Below are positions 16,521 to 24,914 of a stretch of DNA of 28,168 bases, in pieces (positions within the stretch are counted from its first letter, which is position 1; each line of letters opens with the position of its first letter). Both the position numbers and the translations under genes were made by a program. Source of the DNA: a virus (taxonomy: Duplodnaviria > Caudoviricetes); IMG/VR virus record IMGVR_UViG_3300006192_000028, positions 1 through 28,168 of that record; one strand, 5' to 3'. The notes under the pieces are model-generated. The model made no database searches. It saw nothing but the letters and a program-made list of their open reading frames with translations, and was not told the DNA's origin.

Positions 16521-17021
16521 ATGCTACCGCAAGTAATCCGAGCAATGAACCTGTTCGCTGACGGTAAAGGCTATGCAGGTGTGGTGGAGGAAGTGACCCC
16601 TCCAAAACTGACTCTCAAGACCGAGGAGTTCAAGGCAGGGGGCATGGACGCCCCGCTTGAGCTTGACCAGGGTATGGAGAAGCTGGAATGCAACTTCACC
16701 GTGGCCAGCTACGAAAAAGAGCTATTCGCGGCTTATGGCTTGGTTCCCGGAAAGATGATCAACGTAACCCTGCGCGGTGCGTTTGAGCAGGACGGGGAAA
16801 CCCGTGAAGTGGTCATGGTGCTAAACGGCAGCTGGAAAGAGCTGGACTTCGGTACCTGGAAATCTGGCGAAAAAGCCCAGCTGAAAGTGGCCGTTGGCCT
16901 CAAAAAGTTTGAGCTAAAAATCGACGGGGAAGAGAAAGTCTTCATCGATATTCCGAACATGGTCCGCCGTATCAACGGCACAGACCTGCTGGAAGCCGCC
17001 CGTAAAGCGATTGGCCTGTAA
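16521..17021 (+). CDS. Tail tube (P2 gpFII-like)
   Basis: NLF.DG..Y.G, PKLT.KTEEF.AGGMD and ID..NMVR.ING.D.L motifs. Confidence 0.95.
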   Translation: MLPQVIRAMNLFADGKGYAGVVEEVTPPKLTLKTEEFKAGGMDAPLELDQGMEKLECNFTVASYEKELFAAYGLVPGKMINVTLRGAFEQDGETREVVMVLNGSWKELDFGTWKSGEKAQLKVAVGLKKFELKIDGEEKVFIDIPNMVRRINGTDLLEAARKAIGL

Positions 17022-17031
17022 GGAGTAGTAG

Positions 17032-17217
17032 ATGGCTAAGACACCTGAAAAGCAGACCTACGTGGTTCTGGTGCCGTTTATGCACGGCAATGAAAAGCAG
17101 GTCGTGGACAAAACCCTTGACCTAACCGCCCGCCAGGCAGCAAACCTGCTAGCCGGTGGCTTCATTGGTAAGCCAGCTGCAAAGGCAGCCAAAACCACGG
17201 CCAAGAGCGCCGAGTAA
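17032..17217 (+). CDS. Hypothetical 61-aa protein
   Basis: AAGGAG RBS; ORF fills the gap after the tube gene; Ala/Lys-rich tail. Confidence 0.75.
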   Translation: MAKTPEKQTYVVLVPFMHGNEKQVVDKTLDLTARQAANLLAGGFIGKPAAKAAKTTAKSAE

Positions 17218-17238
17218 ACCCCTTACCTGATTGAATAC

Positions 17239-17262
17239 AAGCGCCCAGATGGGCGCTTTTTT
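17239..17262 (+). terminator. Intrinsic terminator
   Basis: AAGCGCCC-agat-GGGCGCTT followed by TTTT. Confidence 0.8.
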
Positions 17263-17278
17263 ATTGAGAGCCTTGAAC

Positions 17279-17623
17279 ATGACTGAACAAAACAAAGACC
17301 TGACTGTTGAGCTGGAAGAAGTAACCGAAGTGAAGCCGATGGAGTTCCCTGGTGCCGACAAAGTGATCACGCTGGATGTAGCGGTCGGTGGCGGCAAGAT
17401 GAAACACCTTGCCCTGCGCAAACCCATGCCAGGTGACCTGCGTGGCCTCAAGTTGCTGGATGTAATCCAAATGGATGCCGGTGCAGTGGCGAATCTGGTG
17501 CCTCGTATTGCGATTAACGGTTTCACGGCTCAGCACTTCTATCAACTGGAACCGGCTGACCTGCTGGAGGTGATGACAGAAGTCGCCACTTTTTTCACCA
17601 AAGAGCAGCTCCCGACTCAGTAG
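17279..17623 (+). CDS. Tail assembly chaperone (P2 gpE-like)
   Basis: LRKP..GDLRGL.L and L.PADL motifs; slippery T-TTT-TTC near the 3' end. Confidence 0.88.
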   Translation: MTEQNKDLTVELEEVTEVKPMEFPGADKVITLDVAVGGGKMKHLALRKPMPGDLRGLKLLDVIQMDAGAVANLVPRIAINGFTAQHFYQLEPADLLEVMTEVATFFTKEQLPTQ

Positions 17624-17769
17624 ACGAAGCGTGGGCTGATATTGCGGCGGTCTTCCATTGGCCGCCGGAGCAAATGGACGGTATGGACTTTGATGAGCTG
17701 ATGCGCTGGCGAGAGTTGGCCATCGAGCGGTTCAAGGCCATGAACCAGGTTAAAAATCAGGGCTACTAG
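17593..17769 (+). CDS. -1 frameshift extension of the tail chaperone (P2 gpE'-like)
   Basis: The -1 frame after T6 (17590-17595) reads ...DEAWADIAAVFHWPPEQMDGMDFDELMRWRELAIERF..., stop TAG at 17767-17769; absent from the ORF track. Confidence 0.88.
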   Translation, partial: FHQRAAPDSVDEAWADIAAVFHWPPEQMDGMDFDELMRWRELAIERFKAMNQVKNQGY

Positions 17770-17794
17770 ATAGCCCGTTTTTCTTGGGTGGCGT

Positions 17795-20700
17795 ATGGCA
17801 TCAAAAAACATGAACCTGGCCGTCAAGCTCCAAGCCATCGACAAAATGAGCGCCCCGCTCAAGAACGTGGCGGGAGCTTCTGGTCAGGTTATTGAGTCGC
17901 TGAAAAAGACTCAGGAACGGCTGAAAGCCATCGATTCTCAGACCGACCAGTTCAACGCTTTTCGTGAGTTGCTAAAACAGAGCCGAGATACTGCAGCTGG
18001 AGTAAGTCAAGCGAAGGGAGAAGTCCAGCGGCTTGCCATCCAGATAAAAGAATCAGAGGGGCCGACTAAAAGGCTCAAAGTTGAGCTTGCGGCAGCAGAA
18101 AGGCAGGTGGCCGAGCTGGCCCAGGAGATGAAGGCGGCTGAACAGCCTAATGATCTCCTGACGTATCGGTTTAAACAAGCCCAGAAAGAAGCTAACAAGC
18201 TAGGGCAAGAATTCCGTAAAGTTGAGCGGGATAATAAATCGCTCAACAAAGAGTTTGAGCGAGCGAAGAGTCAAGTTAACCAGCTTGAGCAAGCGCACCT
18301 GCAGGAGACCCAGAAGCTCCAAGAAATGCGCCAGGCACTGAACCGAGCCGGAGTGTCCACCAAGGACCTTGCCGGGGCTCAGTCGAAGGCGAAGCAGGAG
18401 GCCAGTCAGTTAAACCAAGAGTTTGACCGGCAGGCCAAAAAGCTGGAGAGAATCGCAGAGATAGAAGCCCGTGTGGCCAAGTCGAAAGAACGCCTGCAAA
18501 AGAGCATGCAGGTCTCTGCAAACATGACGGTGGCGGCCTTTGGGGTTCAGCAAACAGGGCAGGTTATTACCAATACCTTAATGGGTCCTGTAAATGTTGC
18601 AGCTGACTTTGAAGAAAAGATGTCTGGCGTTGGTGCTGTTGCTAATGCTACAGACCAGCAGCTTGCTCAGTTAACTGCCACGGCAAGAAAGTTAGGTGCG
18701 GAAACGTCTTTCAGTGCATCGCAATCAGCTGATGGTATGAAATATCTAGCTATGGCTGGGTTTAAGACCAATCAGATTATTGCATCAATGCCAGGTCTGT
18801 TGGACTTAGCAAAAGCCACAGGCATGGATGAGGATCTTGCGGGTGCGTCTGATATTGCATCGGATATTTTGTCCAGCTTTGAGATGCTGCCTGAACAGAT
18901 GGGGCAGCTGTCAGATGTTCTGGCGAAGACGACCACTACAGCAAACACGGACCTGAGACAGCTTGGCGAGACCATGAAGTATGTTGGTCCTGTAGCTCGA
19001 AAGGCTGGCATGGATTTACAAGAAGCCTCAGCTATGGCTGGCTTGTTGTCGAATGTTGGCATTAAGGGTTCGCAGGCTGGTACTACACTGCGCTCAATGG
19101 TGCTTAACCTTGCTGCTCCGACCGGAGCTGCTGCAAAAACATTGGAGCGCTTAGGGGTAAGCACTAGGGATGCTAGCGGAAATGTTCGAAACATGGTGGA
19201 AATCCTTGGTGATGTTGCCAAGGCCACTGAGAACATGGGGTCCGCAGAGCAGTTGGAAGCCTTGGTGGATATTATGGGCAAGGAGCCCGCTGCCGGCTTC
19301 CAAGAGCTAATAGGGCAAGAGGGTGCTGGAGGGGTAACCAAATACCTTCAAGTGCTCAGAACAGCTGATGGAGCGGCTGCTCAAATTGCTGCGAAAATGG
19401 GGGATAACGCCCGAGGAAAGCTCAAGGAGCTATCTTCTGCTGCTGAATCTCTGCAAATCAGTCTTGGTAATATCTTACTCCCTGTTGTTAAAGATTTTGC
19501 TGTATGGGCCACGAATGTAACGCGGCGAATTGAAGCATGGGCAAACGCTCACCCTGGATTGACCAAGGGGTTGATATTCGTCGCCGCTGCAGTGGGTGCT
19601 TTGGCTTTAGCCGGTGCGCCGCTGTTATTGGCGATGGCAAGCATTAACAGCATGATGGCCATGACCCGATACGGCATGACCGCCTTTGGTGCTATTAGCC
19701 AGCTGACAGCCGTCCGTATGGGATTGGTAACAGCTGCACAGTGGGCCCTAAATACGGCGATTTTGGCTAACCCTATCACCTGGATCATTGTCGCGGTTGT
19801 GGCATTGATTGCTGTGCTTGGGGTGCTGATTTACAAGTATTTCGAACCGCTGAAAGCCTTCCTTTCTGGTTTTTGGGATGGATTTATTCAGGGGTTCGCC
19901 CCGGTTATCCAGTCCTGCTCAGGTTTGTTTGCTGCATTGTCACCGATTGGTGATGCGCTTGGCTGGGTTTGGAGTGGTGTGAAAGCAGTGTTTGACTGGT
20001 TTGGTCGGTTGTTTCAGCCGGTTAACGCCAGCGCGGAGTCATTACAGGCCGCCACCAGTGCCGGTACCAGTTTTGGTCAGTTCGTCGGTGCGGCGCTGAA
20101 TATCCTGCTGTTCCCGGTCAAATTGGTGATCGCTGGTATTACCAATCTGGTCAACTTGATCAGCTGGGCAGTCGGCGTGGCTGGTGCGGCATGGGAAGGT
20201 ATTAAGTCTGGTGCCTTTTCCCTCTGGGACGCGCTTAAAACCGTGTTCGAGTGGTCGCCTATCGGCTTGATGATGAAGGGCTGGGGCGTTGCTTTTAACT
20301 GGATTAAGGGCAAGCTGGACTGGCTTGGTAGTGCTGTTAGCAAAGTGAAGTCATTCTTCGGCTTTGGTGGCGGAGACGAACAGGCCAAAGAGTCAGGGCC
20401 TAATCTTGAGCAATTGGCCGAGGCTGAAAAGACCCGCCAGCAAGCGGAGGCTGTTGCCCGGCTTGAGGTGGTTAAGCCTTCGGTACCTGAGCCACAAGTG
20501 GAAGCGGCCAAGCGCGTGAGCGCACCCAAAGCCGCAGCAGCTGCAGGTGTGATTGCTGCCAGTGCCGCAGCCATGCCAGCGGCAGCGGAGCCGGTACAGC
20601 TTTCACCTGTGTACCAGGAAACCGTGGCCACGTATCAGGCACCGGCAGTTTCTGTGCCTCAATCGGCATCGATACCAGCCTTGGCGGCTAGCCAGCCAGT

Positions 20701-20866
20701 CATGGCAGGCGGTGGTACCACAATTTCTATCGGTCAGTTGGATATTCACGTTCAGGGAAATCAGGGCATGAATACCCAAGAGTTGGCTATTGAGGTGCGC
20801 AAGCAGTTCATGCAACTGATGCATGAGCAGCAGGCGAAACACCGTGGAGACCTGTATGACTCTTAA
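17795..20866 (+). CDS. Tail tape measure protein (TP901-family core)
   Basis: 1023 aa; N-terminal coiled coil, LG..T.FSA...A.GM.YLAMAG and GIKGSQAGT.LR motifs, hydrophobic segment and W/F-spaced repeats. Confidence 0.95.
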   Translation: MASKNMNLAVKLQAIDKMSAPLKNVAGASGQVIESLKKTQERLKAIDSQTDQFNAFRELLKQSRDTAAGVSQAKGEVQRLAIQIKESEGPTKRLKVELAAAERQVAELAQEMKAAEQPNDLLTYRFKQAQKEANKLGQEFRKVERDNKSLNKEFERAKSQVNQLEQAHLQETQKLQEMRQALNRAGVSTKDLAGAQSKAKQEASQLNQEFDRQAKKLERIAEIEARVAKSKERLQKSMQVSANMTVAAFGVQQTGQVITNTLMGPVNVAADFEEKMSGVGAVANATDQQLAQLTATARKLGAETSFSASQSADGMKYLAMAGFKTNQIIASMPGLLDLAKATGMDEDLAGASDIASDILSSFEMLPEQMGQLSDVLAKTTTTANTDLRQLGETMKYVGPVARKAGMDLQEASAMAGLLSNVGIKGSQAGTTLRSMVLNLAAPTGAAAKTLERLGVSTRDASGNVRNMVEILGDVAKATENMGSAEQLEALVDIMGKEPAAGFQELIGQEGAGGVTKYLQVLRTADGAAAQIAAKMGDNARGKLKELSSAAESLQISLGNILLPVVKDFAVWATNVTRRIEAWANAHPGLTKGLIFVAAAVGALALAGAPLLLAMASINSMMAMTRYGMTAFGAISQLTAVRMGLVTAAQWALNTAILANPITWIIVAVVALIAVLGVLIYKYFEPLKAFLSGFWDGFIQGFAPVIQSCSGLFAALSPIGDALGWVWSGVKAVFDWFGRLFQPVNASAESLQAATSAGTSFGQFVGAALNILLFPVKLVIAGITNLVNLISWAVGVAGAAWEGIKSGAFSLWDALKTVFEWSPIGLMMKGWGVAFNWIKGKLDWLGSAVSKVKSFFGFGGGDEQAKESGPNLEQLAEAEKTRQQAEAVARLEVVKPSVPEPQVEAAKRVSAPKAAAAAGVIAASAAAMPAAAEPVQLSPVYQETVATYQAPAVSVPQSASIPALAASQPVMAGGGTTISIGQLDIHVQGNQGMNTQELAIEVRKQFMQLMHEQQAKHRGDLYDS

Positions 20867-21344
20867 CTATCGAGACCAGGCGGAGGCCCTGGCAAGAGAC
20901 TTAGCAAACCAAACGCTGCCCACGGAACGGGCAGCCAGCTATATGCTGGCCCTTGGTCAGTACCGTTTTTCTATTGATACGGCAGCTTACCAGGCATTCA
21001 CCCGGGAGCTGTCGTTTCTTTGGCCTACTCAGCAGCGTTTTGGCAACATGGCCGCACCTCAGTTTGTCGGTCGTGGGGAGTTTAAGCGCAGCCTGAATGG
21101 GGTGATTTATCCAGAATACAAAGGCGGGTTAAGGCAAGTGGATGCCATGGCCGCTCAGGCTGGCCTTGGTCAGCCTCTGCAGTTGGTTTCCGGTATTGGT
21201 GAGGTGCTTGGTTTTTGGTGTATTACCAGTATCCGGGAGAACGCCACGGTGTTTCATCGTAACGGCCAAGCCCGCAAGCTGGATTTTAGCCTGGAGCTGC
21301 TTTACTACGGAGACCGATACAAGGGGGTGACCGGTGGAGTATAG
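20856..21344 (+). CDS. Tail protein (P2 gpU-like)
   Basis: MLALGQY.F, QFVG.G, L.GVIYP, G.G.V.G.W.I and G.ARK.DF.L.L motifs. Confidence 0.9.
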   Translation: MTLNYRDQAEALARDLANQTLPTERAASYMLALGQYRFSIDTAAYQAFTRELSFLWPTQQRFGNMAAPQFVGRGEFKRSLNGVIYPEYKGGLRQVDAMAAQAGLGQPLQLVSGIGEVLGFWCITSIRENATVFHRNGQARKLDFSLELLYYGDRYKGVTGGV

Positions 21345-21540
21345 AACCAAGGACGGGGATGTGGTGGATGACATTTGTTATCGTCAATATGGCCGCTCTG
21401 ACTATGCTCTCCAGGTTTATGAATTGAACCCTGGTCTGGCTGAGTATGGCCCACGGCTTCCCGCTGGCCTGATTATTCAACTGCCGGAGATCTCGAAACC
21501 AGAGACCCCGGAGCTTCCGAAAATCTCACTGTTTGATTGA
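21334..21540 (+). CDS. Tail protein X (P2 gpX-like, LysM-like)
   Basis: YRTKDGD.VD.IC...YG and NPGLAE.GP.LPAG..I.LP motifs. Confidence 0.92.
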   Translation: MEYRTKDGDVVDDICYRQYGRSDYALQVYELNPGLAEYGPRLPAGLIIQLPEISKPETPELPKISLFD

Positions 21541-21543
21541 CCT

Positions 21544-22509
21544 ATGCGCCCACAATTCCGAGTTTTTGCCGACGACCGGGATATTACGTCCCGGATTGCC
21601 GAGCGCCTGATAGAAATGACCATCACTGACGAGGCGGGCTTCCAGTCTGATGCATTGACCATTTCGGTTGATGATGCTGACGGGGTATTGGCAGTGCCCC
21701 GAAAGGGGGCCCGTCTTGCGGTGCATTTGGGGTATGAAGAAACGGGCCTGGCTTACATGGGCGAGTTTGTTGTGGATGAGCCAGAGCTTTCTGGTCCACC
21801 CGACAAGATTGTGATTCGTGCCAGGGGTGCAGACCTTCGCCAGGAGCTGAAAACCAGCAAGACCCGCTCTTGGGATAAAGTCACCATAGACGATATCGTT
21901 CGAGCGGTTGCCGGTGAGCATAATTTGCAGCCCAAGGTTGCGGAGCAACTGGCCGCCACTTTCATCGAGCATATAGACCAGACCGGCGAAAGTGATCTGC
22001 ACTTTTTGACCAGGCTGGCGAAAGAGTACGATGCAATCTCAAAGCCTGCTGGTCCTAACCTGTTGTTTGCCCCACGTAACCTTGGGAAAACGGTCAGCGG
22101 GAAGGACTTGCCGCCAATCGTTCTGGCCAAGTCTGATGTGACGACCTATCGGCTTGTGCTTGCTGATCGTTCTGACATTGGCCATGTTGTTGCGTACTGG
22201 CAAGACAAGGCCAAAGCGCGGCGCACTGGTGAAACGGTCGGGGATAAGACTAAACCAGGTAAGACACTGCGAAAGACTTACCCTACCGCCGAAGAAGCCC
22301 GTGCGGCTGCGGCCTCTGAGTTGGCCTCTTTGCAGCGTGGCCGTAAGAATCTTGATATCACCTTGCCTGGCAATCCTCTGGTCATTGCTGAAAGCCCGAT
22401 CACCTTGTCAGGTGGCTGGCGTGATGGTTTTACTGGTGACTACGTTGCCGTTCGTGTAGAGCATCGAGTCGGTGGCGGTGGTTACACCACGTCATTCACT
22501 GCGAATTAA
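21544..22509 (+). CDS. Baseplate hub / late control protein (P2 gpD-like)
   Basis: D..G..SD.L.I..DD, LGY, GPP..I.I.A and HIDQT.ESD..FL.RLA motifs. Confidence 0.93.
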   Translation: MRPQFRVFADDRDITSRIAERLIEMTITDEAGFQSDALTISVDDADGVLAVPRKGARLAVHLGYEETGLAYMGEFVVDEPELSGPPDKIVIRARGADLRQELKTSKTRSWDKVTIDDIVRAVAGEHNLQPKVAEQLAATFIEHIDQTGESDLHFLTRLAKEYDAISKPAGPNLLFAPRNLGKTVSGKDLPPIVLAKSDVTTYRLVLADRSDIGHVVAYWQDKAKARRTGETVGDKTKPGKTLRKTYPTAEEARAAAASELASLQRGRKNLDITLPGNPLVIAESPITLSGGWRDGFTGDYVAVRVEHRVGGGGYTTSFTAN

Positions 22510-22510
22510 T

Positions 22511-22530
22511 GCCCGGGGAACCGGGCTTAT
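22511..22530 (+). terminator. Hairpin at the end of the tail operon
   Basis: GCCCGG-GGAA-CCGGGC with only a weak TTAT tail. Confidence 0.45.
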
Positions 22531-22577
22531 CCTCTCAAATATCCTTCCTGTTGCACTTCCTTCCTTGTCTACTTCCT
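22530..22577. repeat. Three tandem 16-bp units of TCCT-N8-TCCT
   Basis: TCCTctcaaataTCCT TCCTgttgcactTCCT TCCTtgtctactTCCT. Confidence 0.75.
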
Positions 22578-22593
22578 AATTCACCCATACCCT
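22565..22593 (+). promoter_or_regulatory. Putative sigma70 promoter of the moron gene
   Basis: TTGTCT-17 bp-TACCCT upstream of the GAGGAG RBS. Confidence 0.4.
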
Positions 22594-22626
22594 TTATCTT
22601 TTTGATTGAAAAGAGGAGTTAATGGG

Positions 22627-23346
22627 ATGGATGTATTCCTATCGTTATTATTTATTGTTGTGTTATTTGCCTTTGTGGCCGGGTTGATAAAGCCAGCCTG
22701 GATTAAGCAGGAAACCCGTGGTCGAGTGCTTAAATTCTATGGCCTTGGTATGTTGGTGCTTCTTTTGCTCATCGGCTTGGTTGCTGATCCTGTTGAGCAG
22801 GCACCGGCTAACAATGAGATGGCAGCGCAGCAGCATTCAGCCAAAGAATATGAGTATTCAGGTAAAACATTGGCTGAGTGGAGAGATGCCTCAAAATCTG
22901 ATCGTGATGAAATGGTATCTGATTTTGTCAGTGTGAAATCACTTCCTGATGCCGCAAATGATTTGTTCTATCGCTGCCTTAGTCAGATGAGTATGACCAA
23001 GTCTGATGAGCTTACAATAGGTCAGGTTCTTGGCTGGTGTCAGGCTGATTACGATAAAGATCCTGCAAAACTTTCCAGTATGGTGAATTTTGATAACTTC
23101 AAAGGCCAGTTCAGCGCTTGGGATGGCTCTCATAGAAATCTGGAGAAGTACATAAAGTCGATGATGAACGACGAGAATTCTTATGAGCATGTGGAGACAA
23201 GATATCGACTTGTCCTTGACCAGAATCCGCGAGCGATAGTGACCACAGTCTTTAAGGGGAAAAATGCCTACGGCGGAGTGGTTAAGCAGTCTGTTTCAGC
23301 TGCTGTTGACATAGAGACGGGCAGAATTATAGAGATCATTCAATAA
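22627..23346 (+). CDS. Membrane-anchored hypothetical protein (moron)
   Basis: Two N-terminal hydrophobic segments then a soluble region; own RBS, putative promoter and terminator; looks more AT-rich than the tail genes. Confidence 0.8.
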   Translation: MDVFLSLLFIVVLFAFVAGLIKPAWIKQETRGRVLKFYGLGMLVLLLLIGLVADPVEQAPANNEMAAQQHSAKEYEYSGKTLAEWRDASKSDRDEMVSDFVSVKSLPDAANDLFYRCLSQMSMTKSDELTIGQVLGWCQADYDKDPAKLSSMVNFDNFKGQFSAWDGSHRNLEKYIKSMMNDENSYEHVETRYRLVLDQNPRAIVTTVFKGKNAYGGVVKQSVSAAVDIETGRIIEIIQ

Positions 23347-23410
23347 AAAAGACCCAGCACAAGGCTGGGCCAAAGGAAGACTCGCCGACCCAAACGGCGA
23401 GTTTTTTACT
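23345..23410. terminator. Convergent terminator pair
   Basis: A6-gaCCCAGC-acaag-GCTGGG (terminates - strand) and ACTCGCCG-acccaaa-CGGCGAGT-T5 (terminates + strand) between convergent genes. Confidence 0.8.
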
Positions 23411-23411
23411 T

Positions 23412-24293
23412 TTAATGTTTCATCGATCCTTTTACTGCATTGATAGCGAATGGCAGGTCTAAAATCACATCCCGCGAACGAGAGAATGCCTTATCCATGC
23501 CGTTTTTTGCCTCAAGTAGTTGGCCGTAGCGGTCACGGCCAAGCTGTGCGTAGTGAATCAGCGTTTCCAAGTTTTCTTTGTCTACAATGACCTTGCCTTC
23601 TGGAACTTTGGTCATCATTTCCAGCGCCCAGGCTTGTAGGTGCTTGGCATCGTATTTGGTACTTTTGCCAGAAATCAGTAGGCAGCCTTTAGGGCTGAAA
23701 AGCAGCGAGTATTGTTCGGAGCCGGTTTCCTGGTAAACGCGAACGCATTCGCGGTCGAAATCAAGGCGGTTTGTGTGATAGATGCGGCTGATAGCAGGGC
23801 GCTGGCAATATTGAAGGAATACGCGCAGTGACCAGGCTGGCACCCATGGTTTGCCATCAAGAATGATCGCCGTTATCTTGCGACCGTTCTCCAGTGTGTA
23901 GTCTACGGTGGAGGTATCCGGCAGGGTGTTTTCGTTGTAGCAAATAGGGTTGCCGTATCGCTCTTCTTTTTGACGTTGCAGCTCCTCTGCCATCTGATTA
24001 AAGGCGTTGATGTACGCCTCTTTAATGGCGGCAGCCTGTTTGCCAGTGAACCCCATAACCAGGAAGATAAAGCCGTCTTTGGTCATCTCGTAATAGGTGT
24101 AGGTTTCGCCATTTTGTGGGTGCGTGTAGGGGTGTGCGCAAAAATGCGCAGACCTAAATTCCTTGCTACAACTGATGTTGTCTATTTTTCTGAGGATGTC
24201 TCTGTGGTTCTTACCAAATGCTTCGGCAACCTTGAGAGAGGTGGTGGTGATGGCTTGGTTATCGCTGAGTGATACGTGGGTTTGTAAATTCAT
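23412..24293 (-). CDS. Rha-family phage regulatory / antirepressor-like protein
   Basis: TTSLKVAEAFGKNH..ILRKI and YEMTKDGF.FLVMGFTG..AA..K.AYI.AFN.M Rha motifs, plus a second C-terminal domain. Confidence 0.9.
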   Translation of the reverse strand: MNLQTHVSLSDNQAITTTSLKVAEAFGKNHRDILRKIDNISCSKEFRSAHFCAHPYTHPQNGETYTYYEMTKDGFIFLVMGFTGKQAAAIKEAYINAFNQMAEELQRQKEERYGNPICYNENTLPDTSTVDYTLENGRKITAIILDGKPWVPAWSLRVFLQYCQRPAISRIYHTNRLDFDRECVRVYQETGSEQYSLLFSPKGCLLISGKSTKYDAKHLQAWALEMMTKVPEGKVIVDKENLETLIHYAQLGRDRYGQLLEAKNGMDKAFSRSRDVILDLPFAINAVKGSMKH

Positions 24294-24339
24294 ATTTGTG
24301 ATCCTTTAGAGAGTATTTGCCACCGTCTGGATTGAGGGG

Positions 24340-24428
24340 TGGCGGGACTCACTCTCAAGGCGAACACAGTTGCCGTTGCCGCCCATATTTCCCTTGCGGG
24401 TATTCTATTCCGGGCTGTCATCCCGCCA
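24340..24428 (-). ncRNA. c4-like antisense RNA in the rha leader
   Basis: Closing stem TGGCGGGA/TCCCGCCA, CCC-GCAA-GGG hairpin, and segments CTGTGTT and TTGAGAG complementary to two target pairs in the same transcript. Confidence 0.8.
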
Positions 24429-24460
24429 TAACAGGTATGGCTGCGCCAAATTGCAGGCAT

Positions 24461-24513
24461 AAAAAAGCCGCAAGGCTATCGGGTGCGGTTGACCGCTGCG
24501 TTACTTTTGAGAG
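24461..24513 (-). promoter_or_regulatory. c4 a1/b1-type target and conditional terminator
   Basis: - strand reads CTCTCAA-aagt-AACGCAG, then competing hairpins GCGGT-CA-ACCGC and CCGCA...TGCGG-CTTTTTT. Confidence 0.7.
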
Positions 24514-24607
24514 GGCTCCAGATTAACCCAAACTGAGCAAATCAGCAAGAAGCCCTCTTTGGAGTTGTTAGTAGCTATCATCTAAAATAGAGTAGCTAGG
24601 TACTGTT

Positions 24608-24904
24608 CTATGACTCCTCCTTCTCTGGCTGTTCTGCTGCTTTCTGTTTTACGATAGCCATACAGCTTCCTTGGCCCGTTTGTCTAACGAATGCGTGATA
24701 GACGGTCTTTGTCAGTTCTGAATACAGGGTCGGGGTGAATGGAAGTAGCGCTTCCGCAATCTCCCCGAATTGTTCCAGGTCTACACCAAACTTTTCAATT
24801 AGTGGTGAGTCGAAGTCTTCATCGTCATTGATGATGTCTTCGGTTTGCTCCTCTGTGAGTCCAAGTGCGGCACCAGCTAGCATTTGTAGGTCTAAATAGT
24901 CCAT
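24608..24904 (-). CDS. Hypothetical acidic protein (98 aa)
   Basis: AAGGGG RBS; packed in the leftward operon. Confidence 0.8.
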   Translation of the reverse strand: MDYLDLQMLAGAALGLTEEQTEDIINDDEDFDSPLIEKFGVDLEQFGEIAEALLPFTPTLYSELTKTVYHAFVRQTGQGSCMAIVKQKAAEQPEKEES

Positions 24905-24914
24905 TGGTTTCCCC

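Noticed and set aside
18772-20631. Antisense ORFs of 189 and 184 aa within the tape measure gene
   Set aside because: Expected from Ala/Gly-rich coding on the opposite strand
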